Source: Vulcanimicrobiota bacterium (GTDB lineage Bacteria; Vulcanimicrobiota; Vulcanimicrobiia; Vulcanimicrobiales; Vulcanimicrobiaceae). From it: a stretch of DNA of 22,045 nt. The stretch covers positions 5,818-27,862 of the forward strand of contig PKZK01000183.1 in assembly GCA_003133025.1 (NCBI GenBank), read 5' to 3'. The notes beneath the pieces were generated by a model. The model ran no database searches, was not told where the DNA came from, and saw only the letters and a program-made list of their open reading frames with translations. Of this stretch, positions 9,736 to 17,498 are shown piece after piece; the stretch's first letter is position 1; each line of letters begins with the position of its first letter. The translations under genes and the position numbers were made by a program.

Positions 9736-10446
9736 GTGGCGCTGCTCGAAGCCCGCAAGCTCTACGCCCGGTACGGCGAGAGCGACGTTCTCCACGGGAT
9801 CGACCTCGAGGTGGCGCAGGGTTCGATCGTAGCCCTGCTTGGCGCAAATGGATCCGGTAAGACGACGACGCTGCGCGCCTTGACCGGCGGCGTGCGCACG
9901 AGCGGCAACGTACTCTTCGACGATCGCGAGATCGCCGGGCTCCCGCCCGAAGCGGTCGCGCGCTTGGGCATCGCGCACGTACCCGAAGGCCGCGGCACGC
10001 TCGGATCGTTCACCGTTCGCGAGAATCTCAGCATGGGCGCCTACACGATCAAGGACGGGAAGCGCAGCAAAGCCCGGTACGAGAAACTCGTGGGCTATTT
10101 TCCCTGGCTCGTCGACCGGCGCGAGCAGCCCGCCGGCCTCTTGAGCGGCGGCGAACAGCAGATGCTCGCGATCGCGCGCGCACTCATGATGGAGCCGCGC
10201 GTCATCTTGCTCGACGAACCCTCGCTCGGGCTCGCGCCGATCATCGTCAAGCGCATCTTCGAAATTCTGCGCACGATCAACCGCGAAGACGGCGTCACGA
10301 TCGTGATCGCCGAACAGGACGCAGCCGCCGCCCTCGCTCTAGCCGATACCGCCTACGTCCTCGAAGTAGGCCGCGTTGCGATCAGCGGGCCGAGCGCCGA
10401 CTTAGCGGGCAACGAGCAACTGCGCAAATCATATCTCGGCTATTAG
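9736..10446 (+). CDS. livF: HAAT ABC transporter ATP-binding protein
   Basis: Walker A GANGSGKTT, HVPEGR, LSGGEQQMLAIARAL, LDEPSLGLAP and SYLG. Confidence 0.94.
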   Translation: MALLEARKLYARYGESDVLHGIDLEVAQGSIVALLGANGSGKTTTLRALTGGVRTSGNVLFDDREIAGLPPEAVARLGIAHVPEGRGTLGSFTVRENLSMGAYTIKDGKRSKARYEKLVGYFPWLVDRREQPAGLLSGGEQQMLAIARALMMEPRVILLDEPSLGLAPIIVKRIFEILRTINREDGVTIVIAEQDAAAALALADTAYVLEVGRVAISGPSADLAGNEQLRKSYLGY

Positions 10447-10475
10447 CGGAAACTTGAGCGCCGTTTGAAGACATC

Positions 10476-11111
10476 CTATTTATCTTGGGGAAACAACAAC
10501 ACCGTGCGAAAGGTCAATGATATCCTTCTCTCGCGATCGAAGGCGAATGATCCGATACGGTCCCGCTTGCGTGACGCAATACCATGCTTCCAAGAGAAGC
10601 GCGCATCGCCGCTAAGCACTAGCATACTGCGAGCCTTGAGCAACGCAGAACCCTTCTTACCGGCCTCTGATTCGAAGTTCATCACGATGTCCGAACAAAG
10701 CGACAACGAGGCGACAACGGGCCCGAAACAGGTATCTCTATCGATGTGCAGGCTGATGCCTTGTCCTGGCTGATACTCGTTCACAATAACCTGATCGGGA
10801 GGATGAGCTAGGTACTTCTCATCGACCAGCCTATCGGAGCATTCTCTTGCCCACGGCGGGAGATCCCCGATTCTATCGTTGTCGGAAATACCCCGCGACT
10901 TGTAGTCGTAACGATAGCCAAAATGTTGCACGCGGCGACGAAGCTCGGAACTCCAACCGGACGTCCCGGATCCGTCAATAGCTGCAACGATCTCGCGCTC
11001 TTCCGACTTCGAAACAAAATTGGGAAGGAAAAGCAAGCCGTCCGGTAAGCAGCCCTCGTACACCAGGACATCGCTCGGTGAAGCCTCTGCGAAGAGCAGA
11101 CCCTGAGCCAT
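10476..11111 (-). CDS. alkB: AlkB-family 2OG-Fe(II) dioxygenase (ALKBH8-like)
   Basis: RRVQHFGYRYDY, VNEY, HxD (LHID), distal His (WKHGI) and RISLTFR. Start moved to ATG 11111, which follows a strong GGAGGAGGTG RBS; the ORF-track TTG at 11162 is part of the -35 hexamer. Confidence 0.92.
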   Translation of the reverse strand: MAQGLLFAEASPSDVLVYEGCLPDGLLFLPNFVSKSEEREIVAAIDGSGTSGWSSELRRRVQHFGYRYDYKSRGISDNDRIGDLPPWARECSDRLVDEKYLAHPPDQVIVNEYQPGQGISLHIDRDTCFGPVVASLSLCSDIVMNFESEAGKKGSALLKARSMLVLSGDARFSWKHGIASRKRDRIGSFAFDRERRISLTFRTVLLFPQDK

Positions 11112-11132
11112 GACTTCACCTCCTCCTGCGCT

Positions 11133-11162
11133 AGTATAGAACATACGTTCGGACTCCGTCAA
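11133..11162 (-). promoter_or_regulatory. Sigma70-type promoter with LexA (SOS) box in the spacer
   Basis: Minus strand TTGACG (11162-11157)-N18-TATACT (11138-11133); the spacer holds CGAAC-GTAT-GTTCT (core 11139-11150), matching the GAAC-N4-GTTC LexA consensus of Bacillota/Actinomycetota/Chloroflexota. Confidence 0.85.
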
Positions 11163-11163
11163 C

Positions 11164-12120
11164 TCATGGGGTGATCAACTGGAAGAAGGCGCAGACGTTC
11201 TTCGTAGCAGGCGGCTCGCCGAACTCGAAGGTTCCATCCGGAGCGATTTCCACGTGCGGGGTGGAGTAGGTCGCCTTTCTGGGCCTGATGATGTAGCCGA
11301 GCGATTCGCATAGGTCGGCAAGAAGTCGGACTCGTTGCTCCGGCCAAACTAGGGTGTGCTTGCCCTCCTTCTTGGCATAATTCGCATCCTGAAGCAAAAG
11401 CCAGGCAGGAAGACCGGCCGAGCGCTCGCGTGCGTATCGCATGAGATTCGCAAGCGGCGACATATCCTGCATGAACTCCTGATGGACGACGTAGCTTGCA
11501 GCGAACACCACGCCGTCGCAGCCCTCCTGCAACCGCATGAACTCTTGCTGCTCGAGCGTGTCCAAAGATTCGACGAGCAAAGCCCGGCAACGTCCCGCGA
11601 GGGGCTCAATACCGAGCAGTTCTTCGCCCAACCTCCGCAGTGGCTCAGACGTATCGATACCCAGATAAGTAAGAAGCGTCACACCTGGGCCTCGTCGCTC
11701 CTCAAGCCAGTCCAAAATAGCTAGCGATGTAGTCGCTGGTCCACAACCGATGTCTATGATGAAAGGCCTCACCGGAAACGGGATCGGGTCGTCCGCGTAC
11801 GCATCTTCCAAAGCAGTGCGAAAAGACCAATAATGCATCGGCATCAGGCATATGCAATAGCAAACCGCCGCCTTGTCAGAATTGTATGGCCCCAGTCCAT
11901 GATTGCAGAAGCCGAGGCAACCACCTCGCCAGCCGATCCTTTGGGCAGCAGGCAATATGACGTCGAGAACGCCAGCTTCGAGAAAGCTCACGCGTGAGTC
12001 GAGCGAGCAATGATTCCTTGATTCACGAGTATACGCTTTCCAACAAGGGTGGGCTGGGTTCCTTGCAATGCAATCGCTTCTGAGCAGGTCGCGCGAACAT
12101 CTGAAGCGCGCCCGCAGCAA
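11164..12120 (-). CDS. Hypothetical protein with class I SAM-dependent methyltransferase-like fold
   Basis: Motif I FIIDIGCGPAT, motif II YLGIDTS, post-strand-4 VFAASYVVH. Start uncertain (TTG 12120, or GTG 11991 downstream of a TATACT at 12033-12028). Confidence 0.62.
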   Translation of the reverse strand: MLRARFRCSRDLLRSDCIARNPAHPCWKAYTRESRNHCSLDSRVSFLEAGVLDVILPAAQRIGWRGGCLGFCNHGLGPYNSDKAAVCYCICLMPMHYWSFRTALEDAYADDPIPFPVRPFIIDIGCGPATTSLAILDWLEERRGPGVTLLTYLGIDTSEPLRRLGEELLGIEPLAGRCRALLVESLDTLEQQEFMRLQEGCDGVVFAASYVVHQEFMQDMSPLANLMRYARERSAGLPAWLLLQDANYAKKEGKHTLVWPEQRVRLLADLCESLGYIIRPRKATYSTPHVEIAPDGTFEFGEPPATKNVCAFFQLITP

Positions 12121-12183
12121 GTCAGCAACCCGTTTGGTGTACGCGACCGATCGCCGGTTAAGGTCACGTTACTCCAGCGGCCT

Positions 12184-12429
12184 CTAGGTGTTCGTCTTCT
12201 TATGATTCGGCGGTACCTTGCCGCCTTCGCGGCGCGCCTCGCTCAGTCCGATCGCAATCGCCTGTTTCGGGTTGGTCACCTTTTTGCCCGAACCACCTGA
12301 CCGCAGTTCACCGCTCTTCATCTCGCGCATCGACTGCTCGACCTTCTCGCCAGCCAGCGGCCCGTATTTCCGCTTCCCGGTACTCGCCTTTCGAACCGTC
12401 GTCTTTGCAGTCGTCTTCTTTGCCGCCAT
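12184..12429 (-). CDS. DUF6496 small basic protein
   Basis: KVEQSMREMKSGELRSGGSGKKVTNPKQAIAIGLSEARREG family motif; GAGGAGGT RBS at 12442-12435. Confidence 0.88.
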   Translation of the reverse strand: MAAKKTTAKTTVRKASTGKRKYGPLAGEKVEQSMREMKSGELRSGGSGKKVTNPKQAIAIGLSEARREGGKVPPNHKKTNT

Positions 12430-12461
12430 CGCATACCTCCTCGAGAATGTGTCGCCTAAAA

Positions 12462-12486
12462 GTACCCGGCGCTCGAGCGCCTAAAC
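12462..12486 (-). promoter_or_regulatory. SigB/SigF-type general-stress promoter for DUF6496
   Basis: Minus strand GTTT (12486-12483)-N15-GGGTAC (12467-12462), matching the GTTT-N15-17-GGGTA consensus. Confidence 0.6.
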
Positions 12487-13287
12487 CCGCGGCGTCACGC
12501 CTGACGCCGCGGGAAGCTCGAGGTCGTAATCGATCGTCACCGGAGCGTGATCGGAGAAGCGCTCGTCGACGTAGATCGACGCCGCGCGCGCCGCACTCGC
12601 GAGATCGGGCGTGACGAGCTGATAATCGATGCGCCAGCCCAGATTGCGTTCGAACGCTCCGGGCCAGTTCGACCACCAGGTGTAGCGCTTGCGTTCGCCG
12701 TCGACGACGCGAAACGCATCGACCCAGCCCGCTCGATCGATGACCGCGTCCATCCACGCCCGCTCGTGGGGAAGGTGGCCCGTGACCTTCGCATTGCGCA
12801 CCGGGTCGTAGGTATCGATGGCCTTGTGTGCGATGTTATAGTCGCCGCAGAGGATGTAGCTGCGGCCGTCGTTGCGTTTGCGCGCTAAGATCGCGATGAA
12901 CTGCTCGAGGAAGCTGTCTTTGACGCCCTGACGCAGCTCGCCCGACGTGCCCGAAGGCACGTAGAGCGAGGCGATGCTGAACGAGCCCCAGTCGAACTGC
13001 ACGTAGCGGCCCTCGGCGTCGATGTCGGGCAAGCCGAAGCCGCGCACGATCGCATCGGGCGGCATCTTGGCGTACATCGCCACGCCGCTGTAGCCTTTCT
13101 TCTGCGCGTCGACGAAAGCATAACTGTACTCTTCGAGGTCGAGCGCCTCGGGCGGAAGCTGGTGCTCCTGCGCCTTGGTCTCTTGGATGCAGAGCACGTC
13201 GGGCGCGGTGCGCCGTAGCCAGGCGAAGAAGCCCTTGCGCGCTGCGGCGCGGATGCCGTTGGCGTTGAAGGTGGTGACGCGGAGCAT
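12481..13287 (-). CDS. xth: Exodeoxyribonuclease III / AP endonuclease
   Basis: TFNANGIRAA, LCIQETK, GYSGVA, SLYVPSG, CGDYNIAH, YTWWS, GWRIDY and SDHAP motifs. Start is ATG 13287 or 13308. Confidence 0.96.
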   Translation of the reverse strand: MLRVTTFNANGIRAAARKGFFAWLRRTAPDVLCIQETKAQEHQLPPEALDLEEYSYAFVDAQKKGYSGVAMYAKMPPDAIVRGFGLPDIDAEGRYVQFDWGSFSIASLYVPSGTSGELRQGVKDSFLEQFIAILARKRNDGRSYILCGDYNIAHKAIDTYDPVRNAKVTGHLPHERAWMDAVIDRAGWVDAFRVVDGERKRYTWWSNWPGAFERNLGWRIDYQLVTPDLASAARAASIYVDERFSDHAPVTIDYDLELPAASGVTPRV

Positions 13288-13416
13288 GAGCGTCGCTTCG
13301 ACGCCCATGCCCGGTTTAACTCATCACGAGACTGAAGCGCTCGAAGTCGGCCGAACCGCGGTTGCACGCGCGAGCCCAACTCGGCGACGTGTGCGCCGGT
13401 GCCGGCGCGGACGACT

Positions 13417-13923
13417 TCAGTCGGGGTACCGTCCGTTTTCGTCGGCGAGGACGATCTGCAGACCGCTTCCGCGCCGAATGCCTTGCATCGCGTTCCACGA
13501 TTGCGCGAGCGGACATTTTTCGAAAAACTCCTCGTCGTAGACGCGATTCAAGCGAACGCGGCCCGGGCCGAGCGGTTCGAAATGCTCGGGCACCGGTCCG
13601 CGCCGTTTCACGATCGCCGCGGCGACCGCTTCGAGCAGCGCCGTGCGCGCCGCCTTATCCGCGTCCCAAATGAGTAAGAGGTCGGGCAGATTCTTCGCGC
13701 CCATGCCGACCGTGTAACAGAATGCGGGCGAGCCGGCTTCGCCCTCGACGTCGATCCGATTCCAACCCAGTTTTCGCGCGCTCGCGCGCCGGTCGGTGAC
13801 GAGGCGGGCGTCGCCGAGCTGTATGCCCGGCGACGCCGTTACCGTCCGGCGCATGATGTAGGTTGCGGCCAGGATCAGGAGTGCGGCGCCAACCGCCAGA
13901 GTAACCCAGGTCCACTCGGTCAG
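13417..13923 (-). CDS. DUF4262 family protein with probable N-terminal transmembrane anchor
   Basis: PAFCYTVGM...LPDLLL and LQIVLADENGRYP motifs. The frame upstream of ATG 13854 reads (L)TEWTWVTLAVGAALLILAATYI back to CTG 13923. ATG 13854 is the conservative start. Confidence 0.72.
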   Translation of the reverse strand: MTEWTWVTLAVGAALLILAATYIMRRTVTASPGIQLGDARLVTDRRASARKLGWNRIDVEGEAGSPAFCYTVGMGAKNLPDLLLIWDADKAARTALLEAVAAAIVKRRGPVPEHFEPLGPGRVRLNRVYDEEFFEKCPLAQSWNAMQGIRRGSGLQIVLADENGRYPD

Positions 13924-16175
13924 GGTTTGAAGGCCGTTGGGAGCGGCCGCGGCCTGAAATCGGTCGGCGGCTGCCAGGTGTTGTGCATACGCATCGCCGG
14001 ACGACCCTTCGCCCGAGTCTTGGCGAAGTCATCGGCAGGCGCGACGGCCAAACCGGGTCCGCCGTCCGACACGAGCGCGAGTTGCTCGACGATCGAGCCG
14101 CTCGAGGGATCGAGCGCGTAGGCGATCGTGCCGCCGCCGCTCGCGACCTGAGCCCAGAGCAATTGCTCGCCCGAGTCGAACTTCAGGTACTGCAGCGTGC
14201 CGGAGTTCTGCAGCGTCGTGATCTTCTTGTACGGCTGCGTTCCGCCGGGCGCCCAGAACTCGATGTTCCCGGTCGTCGTGTTGGCGAACACCACATCGGC
14301 ATTCGCGTCGATGGTCAGCGAACTGCGGTATCCGCCGGCCGGCCCGAGAAGTGCGCCCGAGCCCGTTCCGCCCGGACCGAACTCCTTGACGCGCGCTTCG
14401 TTGTATTGGCTGCTCTCGTAGGCTACGTACACGTTGCCCGACGGATCGCAGTGCACCGCGAAGTTCCCGGTCGAATCCGAGTTCGAGATGAAGCTCGTCG
14501 GCGAATCGGCACCGTTTGCATACACGGCCACGGTTTGCGAATCGAGTGGAGCGATGTAGACCGTTCCATCCACGCACTTGGTGATGTCCCACGGGTGCGT
14601 GCCCGGGGTGCCGAACGTCGTGGTCGGACTGCTCTGACCGGTCAAAAACTCGACGCCGTCTTCCGCGTCGCTGTTGGCCACGTAGAGATCGCCGCTCGTG
14701 TCGATATCCATGCCCGTCGGGCCGCCGATGCCGTTCGTGATCGTGCCCAGTTGGCCGCCGGTCTTGGCGTCGTAGATCAGCACCTGCGAGTTGTCGGGAA
14801 TGAAGATCGTATCGGAGTTGCCGCTGGCGCACGAACCGCTGACGGAGATGTTGACCAACACGTCGTTGCCGATCTGGTCTTGCACGAGGATGCCCGTCGA
14901 GCCGGCGCCTTCTCCGGTGACGGTGAAGACCGTTCCGGGAGGACCGCTGGAAGGCGAAACCGTTGCGATATTGCTGTTCTGAGACGTGGCGTCGAAGTTT
15001 GCCGTGGAGCCGGGCTCGGCAGGAGTAAACGTACCCGAACAGTTCGACGGCCCTTTGAGCGATAAGCTCGCCGGCGCGGTGGTCAGGATGAACTTGAGAT
15101 AGGCTCCGACATCGCCGGTGGCATCGGTGAGCCACATGTTGCCGTCGAAGCCGTTGTAGATGTAGCGCAGGTTCGGTTTGGGCGCGGTCGCCTCGGGCTC
15201 GTACGTGTCGCTCGAGGGAATGAACGTCCCGATCGCCGCGCTGTTGTTGGCGGTGTCGATGTACAGCACGGAGCCGTCGGCTTTCCGCGCGAGAAAGCCC
15301 GGGTGCTGGCCGTTCGGCGCGGGATACGTCGTCGAGGTGCCGTTACTCGTGATGACCGAAAGTTGCGCGGCGACCGAATCCGAATAGACCATCACGCCCG
15401 AGGAGTTGGTGATGTAGAGCGGGTGGCCACCGACGTTGAACGTGGTCGCCGCTCCCGTAGCGGGCGCGACCCGATCGATGTTCCCGCTCTCGTCGGCAAT
15501 GTAGAGGTTGCCGTCGGCGCCGGCTGCGATGGAGGTGAGCACGGGCACGCCGGCGCCTTTGAGTTCGTAGAGTTTCGAGGAGCCCGTGGGCGTGACGTAC
15601 CCGTAGCCCGCGAGCGTCGTCTTCCCGCTCGTGTAGCTGCCGCAGAACCACAGGTTCCCGTCGGGTCCGGCGACGAGGCTCGACACGTCGATGGCGTTGG
15701 GCAGGGGATACGACGTGGACGAACCGCTCTCGGTAAACTGGTAGATCAGCCGCGAGCCCGTCTTATTCTTGTGCTGGTCGGCCACCCAGACGTAGTTGTC
15801 GTTCTCGGCAATAGGGCCGGGCACCGACGACGCGCCGAGCGGATAGGTCGTGATCTGGCCAGTCGAGATCGTGACCTTCCCCACGAAGCCGGGCGCATTC
15901 TTCTTGCAGCCCGCGGGCACGGAGAACCACATCGACAGCTGGGACGCACCGTGGCTCAATTGCCCGAGGGGCACGTCGCACGGGCCCGGATACTCCACGA
16001 ACTGGGCACCGTTGTTGAGTTGGAAGGCCTTGGGACTCAAGGCGCGAGAGGCGTCGCCTCCCGACGATCCGGCGAGGCCGGACGAAGGGGCCGAAAGCGC
16101 GTGAGCGCCGCCGCATCCTGCGAGCGCCAGGGCGGAAGTAAAGAACAGAGCGGAGAGTCGAGAGCGAAAAATCAT
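13920..16175 (-). CDS. Large lipoprotein: Vgb-like beta-propeller + Ig-like domain + NHL-like beta-propeller
   Basis: Lipobox LAGC (Cys21); repeats GPDGNLWF, GADGNLYI, GFDGNMWL; central ATVSP...FTVTG beta-sandwich-like segment; DTSGDLYVAN and DPSGNVYVA repeats. Confidence 0.8.
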   Translation of the reverse strand: MIFRSRLSALFFTSALALAGCGGAHALSAPSSGLAGSSGGDASRALSPKAFQLNNGAQFVEYPGPCDVPLGQLSHGASQLSMWFSVPAGCKKNAPGFVGKVTISTGQITTYPLGASSVPGPIAENDNYVWVADQHKNKTGSRLIYQFTESGSSTSYPLPNAIDVSSLVAGPDGNLWFCGSYTSGKTTLAGYGYVTPTGSSKLYELKGAGVPVLTSIAAGADGNLYIADESGNIDRVAPATGAATTFNVGGHPLYITNSSGVMVYSDSVAAQLSVITSNGTSTTYPAPNGQHPGFLARKADGSVLYIDTANNSAAIGTFIPSSDTYEPEATAPKPNLRYIYNGFDGNMWLTDATGDVGAYLKFILTTAPASLSLKGPSNCSGTFTPAEPGSTANFDATSQNSNIATVSPSSGPPGTVFTVTGEGAGSTGILVQDQIGNDVLVNISVSGSCASGNSDTIFIPDNSQVLIYDAKTGGQLGTITNGIGGPTGMDIDTSGDLYVANSDAEDGVEFLTGQSSPTTTFGTPGTHPWDITKCVDGTVYIAPLDSQTVAVYANGADSPTSFISNSDSTGNFAVHCDPSGNVYVAYESSQYNEARVKEFGPGGTGSGALLGPAGGYRSSLTIDANADVVFANTTTGNIEFWAPGGTQPYKKITTLQNSGTLQYLKFDSGEQLLWAQVASGGGTIAYALDPSSGSIVEQLALVSDGGPGLAVAPADDFAKTRAKGRPAMRMHNTWQPPTDFRPRPLPTAFKP

Positions 16176-16312
16176 GTCGAACCTCGTAGTATCCCGGAAC
16201 CATTAGGAGCGCAATATACCCGCCTCTTCGCCATCGGTTCCGCAGATACTTCCCTGTCCCTGGGAATGGGTGCGGCGATGGAGAGCCGGGACCCGGGGCG
16301 AAGCGCCCTGCG

Positions 16313-17494
16313 GTGAAGGAGCACGTCAGAGCCGGCACCGAGGTCGTCGACGGCCTGCGCGGGATCGCGATCCTGCTCGTCTTCGGCTTTCATAGCTGGC
16401 TGTTTTCGTTTTACACGCCGCCCTGGCCATTCTCGGTGTTCGCGGAGTCGGGCTATTTGGGCGTGGAACTCTTCTTCCTGATCTCGGGCTTCTGCCTCTT
16501 CTTTCCCTACGCTCGACACGTGCTCGACGGCGGCCCGGCGCAGTCGGTGAAGACCTTCGCCTACCGGCGCTTCATCAAGATCGTGCCCTCGTACGTGCTC
16601 GCGCTGATCGCGACGCTACTCGTGGCGCTGCCGCACTTCGCGCGCATCCAGTATCTCGCGCCGGCCGCCTTTACGCATCTGCTCTTCCTGAACAACTGGT
16701 ACAACGATCCGCTCGGGGGCACCAACGCGGTATTCTGGAGCCTCGGCGTCGAGGTGCAGTTCTATCTGATCTTCCCGCTGCTCGCGATCCTCTTCATGCG
16801 CGGCCCGCTGCCCACGCTCGCGGCCATGGTCGCGATCGCAATCGGGTATCGCTACGCCTTCGCGGGCTGCTGCATCCTGACCGAACCCGTCACGCGGCAA
16901 GTGCCGGCCTTTCTCGACATCTTCGCGCTGGGCATGTTTTCGGCGTACGCGGTGGTCTATGCACGAACGCGCCTGGCCTGGACCGGGCGCGCGCGCCTCG
17001 GCTTCACACTCGCCGCAATCGGCAGCCTCGTCGTGCTCTGGTTCATGCTGGCTTCGGCGGGTCAGGCCGAGTTCGTCACGATGCAGCGCGCGCAATGGGT
17101 GTTGCTCGGCCGCACGGGCCTCGCCTTCGCGCTCGCGGTGCTCGTGATCGGCTCGTGTCTCTCGCAAACCTGGTGGCGCAAACTGCTGGCCAATCCGGTG
17201 CTCGTATTCATCTCGGTGCTCTCATACAATCTCTATCTGTGGCACACGTTGATCGAACTCTACCTGTTGCAACACCATCTGCCGCCCACCGCCGCGCTCA
17301 ACCCGCACGATGACGACGCCTGGAAACCGTGGTTCCTCGGCCTTTCCGTGTTGCTGAGCGTGCTCGTCTCCGCGGCCGTCACCTACTTCATCGAACGGCC
17401 GCTGCTGGAAACGGTCCGGCCGCACCGCTTCGCCTTTCCCTGGAAGCGCGTGCTCGCAGGCGAAAAGCCCGCAGCCCCCGAGATCGCGAGCTAG
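16313..17494 (+). CDS. Acyltransferase family 3 (OafA/YrhL-like membrane O-acyltransferase)
   Basis: DGLRGIAILLVFGFH, GVELFFLISGF, RRFIKIVP, FWSLGVEVQFY, SYNLYLWH and YFIERP motifs. Confidence 0.93.
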   Translation: MKEHVRAGTEVVDGLRGIAILLVFGFHSWLFSFYTPPWPFSVFAESGYLGVELFFLISGFCLFFPYARHVLDGGPAQSVKTFAYRRFIKIVPSYVLALIATLLVALPHFARIQYLAPAAFTHLLFLNNWYNDPLGGTNAVFWSLGVEVQFYLIFPLLAILFMRGPLPTLAAMVAIAIGYRYAFAGCCILTEPVTRQVPAFLDIFALGMFSAYAVVYARTRLAWTGRARLGFTLAAIGSLVVLWFMLASAGQAEFVTMQRAQWVLLGRTGLAFALAVLVIGSCLSQTWWRKLLANPVLVFISVLSYNLYLWHTLIELYLLQHHLPPTAALNPHDDDAWKPWFLGLSVLLSVLVSAAVTYFIERPLLETVRPHRFAFPWKRVLAGEKPAAPEIAS

Positions 17495-17498
17495 CGAG

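Larger units (their letters stand above)
10447..12180. other. Lower-GC two-gene insert, probably horizontally acquired
   Basis: Spot counts of GC per 60-nt line give 25, 31, 29 and 28 (lines 10441, 10501, 11701, 11821) versus 41 in flanking livF (line 10141); one insert line (11401) reaches 40, so the shift is uneven. No integrase or transposase; boundaries approximate. Confidence 0.6.

Noticed and set aside
11112..11162. N-terminal extension of AlkB from TTG 11162 (MTESERMFYTSAGGGEV)
   Set aside because: This stretch is the promoter, LexA box and RBS; ATG 11111 has a strong SD.
11987..11998. Perfect 12-bp palindrome CTCACGCGTGAG over the candidate GTG start of the methyltransferase-like gene
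   Set aside because: It is a single occurrence with no cognate regulator and cannot be distinguished from chance.
10445..12180. AGCGG at 10445-10449 and 12176-12180 as a target-site duplication of the insert
   Set aside because: A 5-bp GC-rich match is expected by chance, and there are no terminal inverted repeats or recombinase.
13353..13364. GAAC-CGCG-GTTG upstream of xth as a second LexA box
   Set aside because: It has a mismatch in a conserved half-site, a GC-only spacer and no adjacent promoter elements; likely chance.
13918..13931. Programmed frameshift at AAA-CCC-TGA fusing the lipoprotein to DUF4262
   Set aside because: CCC-TGA promotes +1 shifts, but DUF4262 is in the -1 frame, and there is no X-XXY-YYZ heptamer in the correct phase.
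16266..16316. Short upstream ORF (MGAAMESRDPGRSALR) ending in a GTGA overlap with the acyltransferase start
   Set aside because: It is the tail of a long shadow ORF with no regulatory codon pattern or attenuator; there is no independent support.
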